Below, piece by piece: positions 45,583 to 55,458 of a stretch of DNA of 64,000 bases (position 1 is the stretch's first letter; each line of letters starts with the position of its first letter). Below the pieces are notes generated by a model that had not been told where the DNA came from, made no database searches, and saw only the letters and a list, made by a program, of their open reading frames with translations. Where the stretch lies: positions 256,001-320,000 of the forward strand of contig OZ241362.1 in NCBI GenBank assembly GCA_965200315.1, written 5' to 3'. Origin of the DNA: Candidatus Latescibacterota bacterium (GTDB lineage: Bacteria > Latescibacterota > UBA2968 > UBA8231). A program made the translations under genes and the position numbers.

Positions 45583-46859
45583 CTGCGCGGTTGCGGCAGG
45601 CGCTTGAGTACGGCGGTTATTTCGGCTGGCGTCTGCGAGGCGAGCATGTCGCGGTGGGTGTCGTCGGTGTGCATCAAGGTCGCGATCTGGGCGAGGATCG
45701 GGATGTAGCTGCGGTAGTTTTGTTCCGGGGTCAGCAGTAAAAAGATAAAATGAACCGGCTCGGGGATCGGGCCTTCAAAATCGATGCCCTGTCGGCAAAT
45801 CCCCAAACAGCCGATGATCCCGTCGAGATCGGGGATGGGCGCATGGGGGATGGCCGTGCGATGCCCTAGCGAGGTCGAGCCTTTGCGCTCGCGGTCAAGC
45901 GCAGCCTCAAGTACGGTCTGGCGTTCGCTCGCGGGGATTTGCTTTTCTTCTATTAACGCATCAACCATCTGGGCGATGGCGTCCCACTTGTCTTTGGGGG
46001 TGAGGTTCAAGCGAATGGTATGCTCCCAGAAGATGCGACTTAGCTGCAAGTCATTGGCAGCGGCCGAGCGGACCATTAGTACCGAACAGGGGACCTGATA
46101 GGCGATCTCGTCCGGGATGGAGCCCGCGAGGTGTTCCTCTTGGCGCCAGTCGTTTGAGGCACCGAGGACGATCAAATCGTGGTCTTGTGCCTTGGCGACG
46201 ATGGCTGGAACCACATCGACGGCCGGGATTACAGTCAACGGCACGTCGATATTCAGCAGTTCTAGCTGCAAGCGCGTGTCGGCGGCTAGCTGCGCACAGT
46301 AGCGTTGGAGGATGGGGTCGGCGGGGCCGCGGGAGTCGCGGACGATGCGGAGAATTTCCAGTTCGGCTCCCCAGTTCTGGGCCAGATCGTAGGCGATTTG
46401 TACGCCGACCAATGCGTGATTGCCGCCGCCGAAAGGCACGAGAATCCGGCGCACCGGTCCGCTCTTCTTTGCCTTAAAGATCAGGGTGTCGACGTCGATG
46501 GCCTTGGTCAGAGCGCGGTTAGGCGCAGATAGGATTGCGTCGCGCTCGACATCGCCTTTCCAAGCCATGAGCATCATGTTGCAGCTCCAACGGCGGACAG
46601 CGTGCTGAATTCCGCTCGTCACGTCCTCGTCTTTTTCCAAATGCGCGATAGTGCCGATGTCGTGGGTCATGGCCCGGTCGGCCAAAACTTGGAGCGCTTG
46701 TTCTATATCGGGCAACGGTTCAGCGTCGGGCGTCAAGATGTGGGTCAGGTGCAACTCACCCCAAGGCGAAGGGGCAAGGGTCGCAGCCAAGTCGACGAGG
46801 TTGTGCTCTTGGTGCGGATTTTCGAGAGGGACTAGAAGGCGGAGTTGAGCAGGCGACAT
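45579..46859 (-). CDS. Tandem universal-stress (Usp) domains fused to a PTS EIIA(Ntr/Fru)-like domain
   Basis: RILVPFGGG, LIVLGAS...GSIPDEIA...SVLMVR; C-terminal DRERKGSTSLG..TAIPHA...FIFLLL. Confidence 0.75.
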   Translation of the reverse strand: MSPAQLRLLVPLENPHQEHNLVDLAATLAPSPWGELHLTHILTPDAEPLPDIEQALQVLADRAMTHDIGTIAHLEKDEDVTSGIQHAVRRWSCNMMLMAWKGDVERDAILSAPNRALTKAIDVDTLIFKAKKSGPVRRILVPFGGGNHALVGVQIAYDLAQNWGAELEILRIVRDSRGPADPILQRYCAQLAADTRLQLELLNIDVPLTVIPAVDVVPAIVAKAQDHDLIVLGASNDWRQEEHLAGSIPDEIAYQVPCSVLMVRSAAANDLQLSRIFWEHTIRLNLTPKDKWDAIAQMVDALIEEKQIPASERQTVLEAALDRERKGSTSLGHRTAIPHAPIPDLDGIIGCLGICRQGIDFEGPIPEPVHFIFLLLTPEQNYRSYIPILAQIATLMHTDDTHRDMLASQTPAEITAVLKRLPQPRS

Positions 46860-47025
46860 CTTCGTTGTTGAGCATCAAGCCAAGGACCAGCCGAGGCAGT
46901 TGTTAAGAAGTACTTATTAAATATAAAACAGACCGTCATCTTTTCCAGCCTTCTTCTTCGCACGGTGGGGTTGCCAGCGGCGGTGCGGTGCGGTTTGTTG
47001 TTGGCAATTCAACCGGGAGGTTTGC

Positions 47026-48003
47026 GTGCGGATATTGATTACCGGCATTACTGGTCGCATAGGTGCCAATTTGGCCAAACAACTCGTCGGGCGCGGCTAC
47101 CAACTCCGAGGGTTGGTCTGGCCCCGCGATCCGCGAGTGGAAAATCTCAAGAAGATGCAGGTCGAACTCGTCGAGGGGAGTTTGACTGATCCGGCCGCAG
47201 TTGAGCAGGCGGTCGAGGGGATCGAAGCCGTCTATCACTTGGGGGCGGCCTTTCAGGGCGGTGGCCCCTTTACCCACGAGGAGTTCTTTGAAATCAACGT
47301 GCGTGGCACTTTCAACATGCTGGAAGCCGTGCGCCGGGTGAAGTGGATAGGCCAATTCCTGTTCGCCAGTTCGGATGCGCTGTACGACAAATACGTCCCC
47401 GGTGGTATGAGCGCACCTATTGACGAACAGACGCCGCGCGTGCCCAAGGGAGAGTATGCCTTGACGAAGGCGTTGGGCGAGGAATTGTGCAACGGCTATT
47501 GGCAGGGGTACCAAGTGCCGACGACTATCTTGCGTTTCGCCATGGTACAGGCAGTCGATGAAATTTTGGAGTTCCCGCAGTTCTACCTGAGCAAGATGAA
47601 GGAGGTACACCCAGAACTGGCCGCCCTGTGGCAGGGCGAGGAGTGCGCGGTGCTGCTAAAAGATCAGCGCGATCGCCCCTTTAAAAAGCACATCGCCGAT
47701 GTGCGCGACATCGTGCATGGCTGCCTCTGCGCCTTGGGTAAAGAGAGGGCGTTAGGCGAGACCTTCCAGCTAGCTGGGCCGCGCCCTTTTACCTGGGACG
47801 AGGTTAGTTACCGGCTCGCCGCATTGCGCGACATGCCCCATGTCGAAACTGCGGTGAGGGCCACGCCCACCTTTTACGAATTCAACCTGCGCAAGGCCGA
47901 GGAATATCTAGGATTTAGCCCTAGTTACGACATCGTGCGGATGATGGTTGATGCACTTAACTATCAGCGCGGCGAGGACATTGGGGTGTTGCCGCACGGC
48001 TGA
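47026..48003 (+). CDS. NAD-dependent epimerase/dehydratase (extended SDR)
   Basis: ITGITGRIG, HLGA, NVRGT, FASS, YALTK. Confidence 0.85.
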   Translation: MRILITGITGRIGANLAKQLVGRGYQLRGLVWPRDPRVENLKKMQVELVEGSLTDPAAVEQAVEGIEAVYHLGAAFQGGGPFTHEEFFEINVRGTFNMLEAVRRVKWIGQFLFASSDALYDKYVPGGMSAPIDEQTPRVPKGEYALTKALGEELCNGYWQGYQVPTTILRFAMVQAVDEILEFPQFYLSKMKEVHPELAALWQGEECAVLLKDQRDRPFKKHIADVRDIVHGCLCALGKERALGETFQLAGPRPFTWDEVSYRLAALRDMPHVETAVRATPTFYEFNLRKAEEYLGFSPSYDIVRMMVDALNYQRGEDIGVLPHG

Positions 48004-48006
48004 GGC

Positions 48007-48375
48007 TCAGGTCTCGTGCGGTACTAATTCTGCGGCGATAGCGGTGAGGACGTCCTCGGTGCGAAAGGGCTTGTAAAAAATGGGGCACCCCTTGAGGGCT
48101 TGCAGCACCTCTTGCAGGTCGTCGGAGGAGTGCCTTTGGCGCGACAAGAAGGCGATGACCTTGGTGTTATCGAGCGAGCGACTCGCCGATACAAAAGGAG
48201 CGGGGTCGTCGACTTCGACGCCGAGGAGGACTAAGTCCGGGGCGTTGAGTCGGTGATGGTCGAGTCCGTCGGCCAGTTGGTTGGCGACTTCGACCTGATA
48301 GCCGGCCCGTTTGAGCAGTCCGGCGAGGGTGGCACCAAATATGGGATTGCGGTCGATAATCAGAATTTTGTACAA
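48007..48375 (-). CDS. Single-domain receiver protein, atypical
   Basis: KILIID...PDLVLLG...KVIAFLS...KPF; Gly at the phospho-Asp position. Confidence 0.7.
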   Translation of the reverse strand: MYKILIIDRNPIFGATLAGLLKRAGYQVEVANQLADGLDHHRLNAPDLVLLGVEVDDPAPFVSASRSLDNTKVIAFLSRQRHSSDDLQEVLQALKGCPIFYKPFRTEDVLTAIAAELVPHET

Positions 48376-48465
48376 TGCAGTGGCTCTGGTGGTTGAGACC
48401 GGACGAAGGCTTGCGGCCTCAAAAAATTAAGGGGTGTGCTATACCTGCGCAAGTTAGCGAATTGC

Positions 48466-48494
48466 TTGACAACCCCACCGACGTCGGCTATACT
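48466..48494 (+). promoter_or_regulatory. Sigma-70 promoter
   Basis: TTGACA N17 TATACT, 25 nt before ATG 48520. Confidence 0.7.
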
Positions 48495-48519
48495 GGCCGA
48501 CCTAAAAAGACGGAGATTT

Positions 48520-49875
48520 ATGCGGAGCAAAGAGGAATTAAAGGCCGCTGTGTGCGCGGCCATTGAGCGGCAGAGCGAGCAGATTATCGGGCTGGGAGAA
48601 GCCATCATGGACCAACCCGAATTGGGTTTTAAGGAAGAGCAGACGGCTCGCCGCGTCGGCGAAAGTTTTGCCGCGCTCGGATTGCAATACGAGAGAGAAC
48701 TAGCGTTGACCGGTGTGAAGGCCCGGCTCAAAGGGCAGCAAGCAGGGCCGACTGTGGCGCTGATGGGTGAGCTCGATGCGCTCATTGTGCCCGATCACCC
48801 GCGCGCCGACCCGGCAACTGGGGCGGCACACGCCTGTGGCCACAACGCCCAGATCGCCGGGATGGTAGGGGCCGCTTACGGGCTTGTCGAGGCCGGCGTC
48901 AGGGAGGAACTAGCTGGGGAAATCGCGTTTTTCGCCGTGCCTGCAGAAGAATACGTCGAAATAGACTACCGCTTAGGACTCGTCGAAGAAGGCAAGATCG
49001 CATTTCTCGGAGGCAAGCCCGAACTGGTCGAATTGGGGCACTTTGACGACGTGGATATGGCCGTGATGATCCACACCAGCAGTTCAGCCCAAAGCGAAGG
49101 GGCGGTGGGGATTGCCCGTTCGTCCAATGGCTTCTTGGCCAAAAACGTGCGTTTCATTGGCCGGGCCGCCCACGCCGGGGGTGCGCCGGAGAAAGGCATC
49201 AACGCGCTCAGTGCAGCGACGCTCGCGCTCAGCGCGATTGACGCCCAGCGAGAAACCTTCCGCGATCAGGACTGCGTGCGGGTGCATCCGATCATCACCA
49301 AGGGGGGCGATCTGGTCAATATCATTCCGGCTGAGGTACGGCTGGAAACTTATGTTCGCGCCCGCACCACCGAGGCGATGCTCGATGCGTCTCACAAGGT
49401 CGATCGGGCACTGCGGGGCGCGGCGGTTGCCCTTGGCTGTTCGGTTGAGATAGAAACTGTGCCCGGCTACCTGCCGCTGCGCAATGATCCCGATTTAGGG
49501 GAGCTTTTCAAGGACAACGCGGCGCGGATTTTTGGCTCTGATCAGTACCGGGATTATCCACACGGCGGCGGATCAACCGACGCTGGCGACCTCAGTCAGA
49601 TCATGCCCGTGCTGCACCCGGCTATGACCGGAGCCAGCGGTGCAGTTCACGGGCCCGATTGGGGGATTGCCGATCCAGCCGCTGGGTATCTGGCCCCGGC
49701 TAAGGTCTTGGCTATGATGGCCATCGACTTGCTGTACGGCGATGCGTCCACAGCTCGGGACATCCTGCAAAATCACGCGCCCAACATGGGCAAGGGCGAA
49801 TATCTCCAACAGCAAAAGGCACTCTTTCACCGCGAGTTGTTCGCCGGTGATCAAACAGGGGAGAATACCACGTGA
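48520..49875 (+). CDS. M20-family amidohydrolase
   Basis: PELGFKE, GELDAL, HACGHNAQ, PAEE, AHAG.APEKGINA, GSTD. Confidence 0.87.
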   Translation: MRSKEELKAAVCAAIERQSEQIIGLGEAIMDQPELGFKEEQTARRVGESFAALGLQYERELALTGVKARLKGQQAGPTVALMGELDALIVPDHPRADPATGAAHACGHNAQIAGMVGAAYGLVEAGVREELAGEIAFFAVPAEEYVEIDYRLGLVEEGKIAFLGGKPELVELGHFDDVDMAVMIHTSSSAQSEGAVGIARSSNGFLAKNVRFIGRAAHAGGAPEKGINALSAATLALSAIDAQRETFRDQDCVRVHPIITKGGDLVNIIPAEVRLETYVRARTTEAMLDASHKVDRALRGAAVALGCSVEIETVPGYLPLRNDPDLGELFKDNAARIFGSDQYRDYPHGGGSTDAGDLSQIMPVLHPAMTGASGAVHGPDWGIADPAAGYLAPAKVLAMMAIDLLYGDASTARDILQNHAPNMGKGEYLQQQKALFHRELFAGDQTGENTT

Positions 49876-50636
49876 AGCTCGGCATGGTGACTTACAATTT
49901 AGGCCGCGAGTGGGATTTAGAGACGCTGATTACCCATTGCGAAGAGACTGGTTTTGCCGGAGTTGAACTGCGGACGACGCATGCCCATGGGGTCGAAGTG
50001 GTGCTCAGTGCAGCCGAGCGGGCCGAGGTCAAGAGGCGCTTTGCCGACTCGGCGGTCGAACTGGTAGGATTGGGCAGTGCCTTTGAATACGACGCCGTTG
50101 ATCCGGAGGTCCTGCGAAGTCACATCGACGGGACCAAAGAATACGTGCGCTTGGCCCACGATCTCGGGGTCGGCGGAGTCAAGGTGCGCCCCAACAACGT
50201 CCACGTAGATGAGGAGATCCCCATTGAGCAGACCTTGGAGCAGATCGGCGTCAGCTTGCGCGAGTGCGGCGAATTTGCTCGCGGCCTAGGGGTGCAGATC
50301 CGCTTGGAGGTCCACGGTCGGACGACCTCGGATCCAGCCAACATCCGCAAGATCATCGACTACGCCGACCACGACAATGTCTTCGTCTGCTGGAACTCCA
50401 ATGCGACGGACCTAGTCGATGGATCCATTGACGGCAGTTTCACCTCCTTGCAGGAGGCCATTGCCTTGGTCCACATTACCGAGTTGTGGAGCGATTATCC
50501 GTGGGAGCGGCTCTTTACCCTGCTGCGACAGAGCGGCTACGCAGGTTATTGTCTCGCTGAAATCCCCGAAAGCCCAGAGCCCTTGCGCCTGATGCGCTAT
50601 TATCGAGCCTTATGGCAGGCACTCGCCAAAGGCTAG
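49872..50636 (+). CDS. Sugar phosphate isomerase/epimerase (xylose-isomerase-like TIM barrel)
   Basis: GVELRT.HAHGVE, IRLEVHG, LVHI, Y.G..LAE. Confidence 0.75.
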   Translation: MKLGMVTYNLGREWDLETLITHCEETGFAGVELRTTHAHGVEVVLSAAERAEVKRRFADSAVELVGLGSAFEYDAVDPEVLRSHIDGTKEYVRLAHDLGVGGVKVRPNNVHVDEEIPIEQTLEQIGVSLRECGEFARGLGVQIRLEVHGRTTSDPANIRKIIDYADHDNVFVCWNSNATDLVDGSIDGSFTSLQEAIALVHITELWSDYPWERLFTLLRQSGYAGYCLAEIPESPEPLRLMRYYRALWQALAKG

Positions 50637-50642
50637 CGATGG

Positions 50643-51497
50643 GTGATGCCTGAGATCGCTTATGTCAACGGCCGCTTCTGTCCACTGGCCGAAGCTGTGG
50701 TGTCGGTTGAGGACCGGGGCTATCAGTTCGCCGATGGGGTCTATGAGGTTGTTGGCACCTACGGTGGGTGCCCCTATGCCTTAGAGCCGCATTTGGCACG
50801 CCTTCAGGGCAACCTAGAAGCCTTGCACTTGCCATTGGATATTCGCGAGTATGGCCTTAAGGCCAAGCTGATGGAAGGCATTGAGCTGAGCGGTTTTGGC
50901 GAGATCTTGGTCTATATCCAAGTTACGCGTGGGGTAGCCTCTAGGCAGCACGAATTCCCTGCGGTCCCGGTTGCGCCCACTGTCGTAATGACATTTAAGG
51001 AATTGCGGCGTTTGCCACGGGATCTCTACAACCGTGGCGTCGAAATCATTAGCATCGAAGACTTGCGCTGGAAGCGCTGCGACATTAAGAGCATCGCCTT
51101 ACTGCCCAACATCTTGGCCAAGCAGGCGGCCGCGCGAGCGGGGGCCTTTGAGGCCCTGCTAGTCGACGCGGAAGGCCGAGTCACCGAAGGGGCGTCGACC
51201 AGTGCCTTCTGCGTACAGGCAGGGCGATTGTGTATCGCGCCTATTGGTCCCCACATCCTGTCGAGTATCACCAGAGGGATTCTTCTCGATTTGGCCCGCA
51301 AGCTCGGCATACCCATCGACGAAGAGTTTGCTACGCTGGATCAATTTAAGAAAGCCGACGAGGTCTTTCTCGCAGGTACTACTACCGAGGCGATGCCGGT
51401 GGTACAGATCGATGATGCCGTTATCGGCGATGGTATGCCGGGGCTGATTACGCAGCAGATCCGCGCCGCGTTTCTGGAGTCCCTGGATTTGACTTGA
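50643..51497 (+). CDS. Class IV PLP aminotransferase, D-amino-acid transaminase-like
   Basis: EDRGYQFADGVYEV, QVTRGVASRQH, RW.RCDIKS..LL, TEG, ITR, ADEVF. Confidence 0.85.
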   Translation: MMPEIAYVNGRFCPLAEAVVSVEDRGYQFADGVYEVVGTYGGCPYALEPHLARLQGNLEALHLPLDIREYGLKAKLMEGIELSGFGEILVYIQVTRGVASRQHEFPAVPVAPTVVMTFKELRRLPRDLYNRGVEIISIEDLRWKRCDIKSIALLPNILAKQAAARAGAFEALLVDAEGRVTEGASTSAFCVQAGRLCIAPIGPHILSSITRGILLDLARKLGIPIDEEFATLDQFKKADEVFLAGTTTEAMPVVQIDDAVIGDGMPGLITQQIRAAFLESLDLT

Positions 51498-51518
51498 GCC
51501 AAAGAACAGTAACGACAT

Positions 51519-51558
51519 ACAAAAAGGGGAACGCTTCGGCTGGCGTCCCCCTTTTTGT
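51519..51558. terminator. Bidirectional intrinsic terminator
   Basis: ACAAAAAGGGGAACGC...GCGTCCCCCTTTTTGT between convergent genes. Confidence 0.8.
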
Positions 51559-51575
51559 GTTGTTGTAAGAGGTTT

Positions 51576-52985
51576 TTAATGAATGACGATCATCTTGGTT
51601 TCGGTCATTTCCTCGACTGCGTACCGGGGTCCCTCCTTCCCCATGCCGCTTTCCTTGAGGCCGCCGTAGGGCATCAGATCGGCGCGCCACTGAGTGCCCC
51701 AGTTGATGTGGATGTTGCCCGATTCCACCTGCTGGGCAAACTGGAGGGCCCAGTTGAGGTTCTCGGTGAAAATTGCGGCGCTGAGACCATAGTTGGTGTC
51801 GTTGGCCATGGCGATGGCTTGGTCGATATCGTCGATCCGGCTGATGCCGAGCGCCGGACCGAAAATCTCGTCGCAGGAGACCTTCATCTCCGGTGCCACG
51901 TCGGCTAGGATGGTCGGGGCGTGCATCGTGCCCTCGCGGGTGCCGCCCGTGACGACGCTGGCTCCAGCCCCAACGGCTTCTTGGACCCAAGCCTCGACGC
52001 GCTCGGCGTCTTGGACGCGGATCATCGGCCCCATCTTGACATTGTCGTCGAGGGGATTGCCAGTCGTCAGGGATTCGACCGCGGGTTTCAGGGCGTCGAT
52101 AAAATCCCCGTACACTTCGGTGCTGGCGAATACTCGCTGAGTCGAGATGCAGACTTGGCCAGCGTTGGCAAAGCCGGTATTGGCGGTAGCGGCGGCGACC
52201 TTTTCGAGATCGGCGTCCGGCATGACAATCAGCGGAGAGTTGGACCCTAGCTCCATCGTCACTTTCTTCAGGCCAGCGACCTGACAGATGTGTTCGCCGA
52301 CATCGCGGCTGCCCGTGAAGCTGATTTTGCGGACCTTAGGATTGGAACTGATCGCGTCGCCAATGACGCTGCCCGAACCCGTGACGCATTGAATGGCTTC
52401 CGCCGGCAGGCCCGCGTCGACAAAGATCTCGGTCAGTTTGAGGGCCGAAAGCGGGGTGTCGCTGGCGGGCTTGACGATGATCGAATTCCCAGCGGCCAGC
52501 GCCGGGCCCACTTTGTGGCAGACGAGGTTGAGCGGGAAGTTAAAGGGCGTAATAGCGGCTACCACGCCACAGGGGACCCGCAATGTAAAGCCAAATTTGC
52601 CCGCTCCATTAGAGGCTCCGCTCAGGTCGAGTGTTTCGCCAGTCAGGCGCTTGGCTTCCTCGGCAGACAGGACGATGGTCTCTTGGGCACGAGATGCTTC
52701 GCCCATGCCCTCGGCGAGGGTTTTGCCCTCTTCGAGGGTAATTGTGCGCCCCAAGTCGTCGAGCCGCTCTAGCATTAGATCGGCTGCGCGATGGATTATC
52801 TCGTAGCGCTCATAGGCGCTCATTGCGGCCATGACCTTGGCACCGCGCTCGGCCGAGTCAATGGCGCGGTCAATGTCTGCGGCGTCGCCCCTTGGGACGG
52901 TGTCGACGACCGAGCCATCATAGGGGTTGACGACGTCCATGGTTTCGGCTGTGTCAACCCACTCTCCGGCGATGTACATCTTCAT
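51576..52985 (-). CDS. NAD(P)-dependent aldehyde dehydrogenase
   Basis: ITPFNFP, KPASDTP, FTGS, MELGSN, GQVCIS, EIFGP, PYGGLKESG. Confidence 0.93.
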   Translation of the reverse strand: MKMYIAGEWVDTAETMDVVNPYDGSVVDTVPRGDAADIDRAIDSAERGAKVMAAMSAYERYEIIHRAADLMLERLDDLGRTITLEEGKTLAEGMGEASRAQETIVLSAEEAKRLTGETLDLSGASNGAGKFGFTLRVPCGVVAAITPFNFPLNLVCHKVGPALAAGNSIIVKPASDTPLSALKLTEIFVDAGLPAEAIQCVTGSGSVIGDAISSNPKVRKISFTGSRDVGEHICQVAGLKKVTMELGSNSPLIVMPDADLEKVAAATANTGFANAGQVCISTQRVFASTEVYGDFIDALKPAVESLTTGNPLDDNVKMGPMIRVQDAERVEAWVQEAVGAGASVVTGGTREGTMHAPTILADVAPEMKVSCDEIFGPALGISRIDDIDQAIAMANDTNYGLSAAIFTENLNWALQFAQQVESGNIHINWGTQWRADLMPYGGLKESGMGKEGPRYAVEEMTETKMIVIH

Positions 52986-53065
52986 GGTTAGATTCCTTAT
53001 TTGAGGTGAGTGGTAAGTAGCCAACAAATTAAGCGCACGCTTCTGCCTGTCAAGCGAGCTTAGGG

Positions 53066-54508
53066 TTAAATGCCCACGCGGTTTTCATAGGCCAAGGGGC
53101 GTCCCTCAGCATCGAGTAAGGGCTGTGGCGGAGCCTTCTTTTGAGTTAGCAAGCTGACGATTACTAAGGCAAGAGCGGAAAAGGGCACGGCCAAAAGGTC
53201 GGCTGGCAAATCCGCGGGGAGCATTCTCAGTACCTGCCAAGCACACAGGCCGCCCCCTATGGAGGCTAAGGCCCCAGGACCGTTGGTTTTGGGCCACCAT
53301 AAGCCAGCGGTTAGCGGGACGAATAGCGAGGCGAGGAGCACGGACCAAGAGTCGACCATCAAGTCGTAAACCGAAGCGGTCCGCAGGGCCAACAGTAGCG
53401 ATAGTGCGCCCAAAAGGAGGACGGACAAGCGCGTCGCGCGGAGCGACGTCTGCTCTTCGGCGTCGGGTTTGAAGTAGCGCAGGAGATCCCAGCCAATGAC
53501 GCTCGCTGGAGCGAGAAGGGCACTATCGGCGCTGGACAGGAGGGCCGAGACGAGGGCACCCATAAAGAGGACCAAAGCCAGATCCGGGAGGTACTTTAGG
53601 GCGAGGGACATCATAACTAGGTCGGGATCGGCCAAATCCGGCAGGATGACAGCACCCGCCATGCCGAGAAAAACGGGCAACAGCCCAACCGTTATATAAA
53701 GCAGCCCAGCGAGATAAGCACTGCGGTATGCCACCTTTTCGTCGCGGCTTGAAAGACTGCGCTGGATTAGGTCTTGGCCCGCTAGGTTGCCGAGGCCGAT
53801 AACCAGCCAGTCGCGTGCGTAGGCCAGCCAACTGGCTGCGTCGCCCCGAGGATAGAAATCGAAGCGGGAGGCCGGAATTTGGGCAACGAGGGCCTTCCAG
53901 CCGCCCATGTCGCCGATGAGGACCGGCGTCAAAATAAATAGCCCGAGCACAAGGATGGTCACTTGGACGAAGTCGGTTAGAGTGACGGCCCACATGCCGC
54001 CGGCCCAAGTATAGATTAGCACGATGGCTGCGGCTGCGCAGATGCCGATGGTGGGATCTATGCCGGTCAGGATCTGCAGGATTCGTCCAAAGGCCAACAA
54101 GAGCGAGCCGGTCCAGCCGACATAGGCAGGAATGGTACAGAGGCTGGCCAGCAGGCCCGCCCGCGGGCCGAAGCGGCTGTTGAAAAAGGATGCGATCGTC
54201 ATCAAGCCCATGCGCCGCATCAGCCGGATGTAAAAGAGGCCAGCGATGAACAGGCATAAAGCCGCGCCAAAAGGGTCGGCAATGACCGCGAGGATGCCGC
54301 CCTTGTATGCAGCACTTGCAGCACCGATGCAGATTCCACCACCAAACCACGTCGCTGCGAGGGTTGCAGTGCAGAGCAACAGGGGCAGGCGCTGGCCGGC
54401 AACGATGAAGTCAGTTGAGTTGCGGACGCGGCGACTAGCATATAGGCCAACGCCGAGCATCACCGCGAGATAGACACCCAAGCCGATCAAGACCAATGGA
54501 TTGGCCAT
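53066..54508 (-). CDS. Sodium:solute symporter (high-affinity choline transporter-like branch)
   Basis: DFIVAG, ATWFGGG, GGMWAVTLTDFVQ, QDLIQR, SSADS. Confidence 0.82.
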   Translation of the reverse strand: MANPLVLIGLGVYLAVMLGVGLYASRRVRNSTDFIVAGQRLPLLLCTATLAATWFGGGICIGAASAAYKGGILAVIADPFGAALCLFIAGLFYIRLMRRMGLMTIASFFNSRFGPRAGLLASLCTIPAYVGWTGSLLLAFGRILQILTGIDPTIGICAAAAIVLIYTWAGGMWAVTLTDFVQVTILVLGLFILTPVLIGDMGGWKALVAQIPASRFDFYPRGDAASWLAYARDWLVIGLGNLAGQDLIQRSLSSRDEKVAYRSAYLAGLLYITVGLLPVFLGMAGAVILPDLADPDLVMMSLALKYLPDLALVLFMGALVSALLSSADSALLAPASVIGWDLLRYFKPDAEEQTSLRATRLSVLLLGALSLLLALRTASVYDLMVDSWSVLLASLFVPLTAGLWWPKTNGPGALASIGGGLCAWQVLRMLPADLPADLLAVPFSALALVIVSLLTQKKAPPQPLLDAEGRPLAYENRVGI

Positions 54509-54668
54509 GGCGAGATCCTTTGCGAAGATTTGTTATAATAACTAAAAGAGTGAAAATGGCCAATGACGCCAGCCAAGTGGCGAATCTGGCCATTGAAATG
54601 TAATGATTTACTCTATATTTTTTTCATAACACATTGGGCTGTAACAAATTATGGGTATTATAAAATTT

Positions 54669-54684
54669 TGGCACGACCCTTGCA
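54669..54684 (+). promoter_or_regulatory. Sigma-54 (-24/-12) promoter of the pspA operon
   Basis: TGGCACGACCCTTGCA matches TGGCACG-N4-TTGCW; AT-rich upstream region; 51 nt before the pspA ATG. Confidence 0.85.
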
Positions 54685-54735
54685 AGGTTAGGAACAGTGA
54701 ATGATTAAAATCCACTCAATCAAGGAAGGTGTACG

Positions 54736-55410
54736 ATGGCTAAGGGAGCCTTAGGAAGGATAAGCGATATCCTCAAATCCAATATCAACGAGATGCTCGA
54801 CCGGGCCGAAGAGCCAGACAAGATGATCCGCCAGATGGTGCGAGACATGGAAGAGGCGGTTAGCAAGGCCACGGCCTCGGTAGGGACTGCTGTGGCCAAC
54901 CACAAACGGCTCGAGCGCCAGTTCAACGACAAGCAAAGCCAAGTCGCCGAATGGCAGCGCAAGGCCGAACGGGCGGTGGAAGCGGGTGAAGATGAACTGG
55001 CGCGACGTGCGTTGGAGCGCAAGGCGGTGTTTGCCAAAGCGGCAGAGGATCTGGCTCCAGCCTTAGAGGAGAGTCGGCAGACGGCCGAGCAATTGCGCGA
55101 GCAGCTACGCGAGCTAAAGACTAAGCTCGAAGAAGCGCGGACCCGGCAGGGCACGTTGGTCGCCCGCCACCAAGCCGCCCAAGCCCGTAAGCGTCTGGCT
55201 CAGAGCATTTCCGGGTTGGGTGAGGATGCCTTTTCCAGCTTTGAACGCTTTGAACAGAAAGTCGCAGAGAGCGAGGCAGAGGCGGCCGCGCACGTGGAAG
55301 TTTCAGGCGAGATGGAAAGCATTGATAAAGAGATCCGCCAAATCGAAGTCGATCACAGCGTTGACGATGAATTGAAGGCCCTAAAGGACAAGATGAATAA
55401 AGACAAGTAA
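54736..55410 (+). CDS. pspA: Phage shock protein A (PspA/IM30 family)
   Basis: LGRISDILKSNINEMLDRAEEP.KMIRQMVRDME, W..KAE.A...GEDELARRAL.RK, FERFEQKV, VDDELKALK. Confidence 0.93.
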   Translation: MAKGALGRISDILKSNINEMLDRAEEPDKMIRQMVRDMEEAVSKATASVGTAVANHKRLERQFNDKQSQVAEWQRKAERAVEAGEDELARRALERKAVFAKAAEDLAPALEESRQTAEQLREQLRELKTKLEEARTRQGTLVARHQAAQARKRLAQSISGLGEDAFSSFERFEQKVAESEAEAAAHVEVSGEMESIDKEIRQIEVDHSVDDELKALKDKMNKDK

Positions 55411-55458
55411 TCCTTTGTTCCGCAGCATGTTGTGCAATCTGCTGAATTCGAGGAACTA

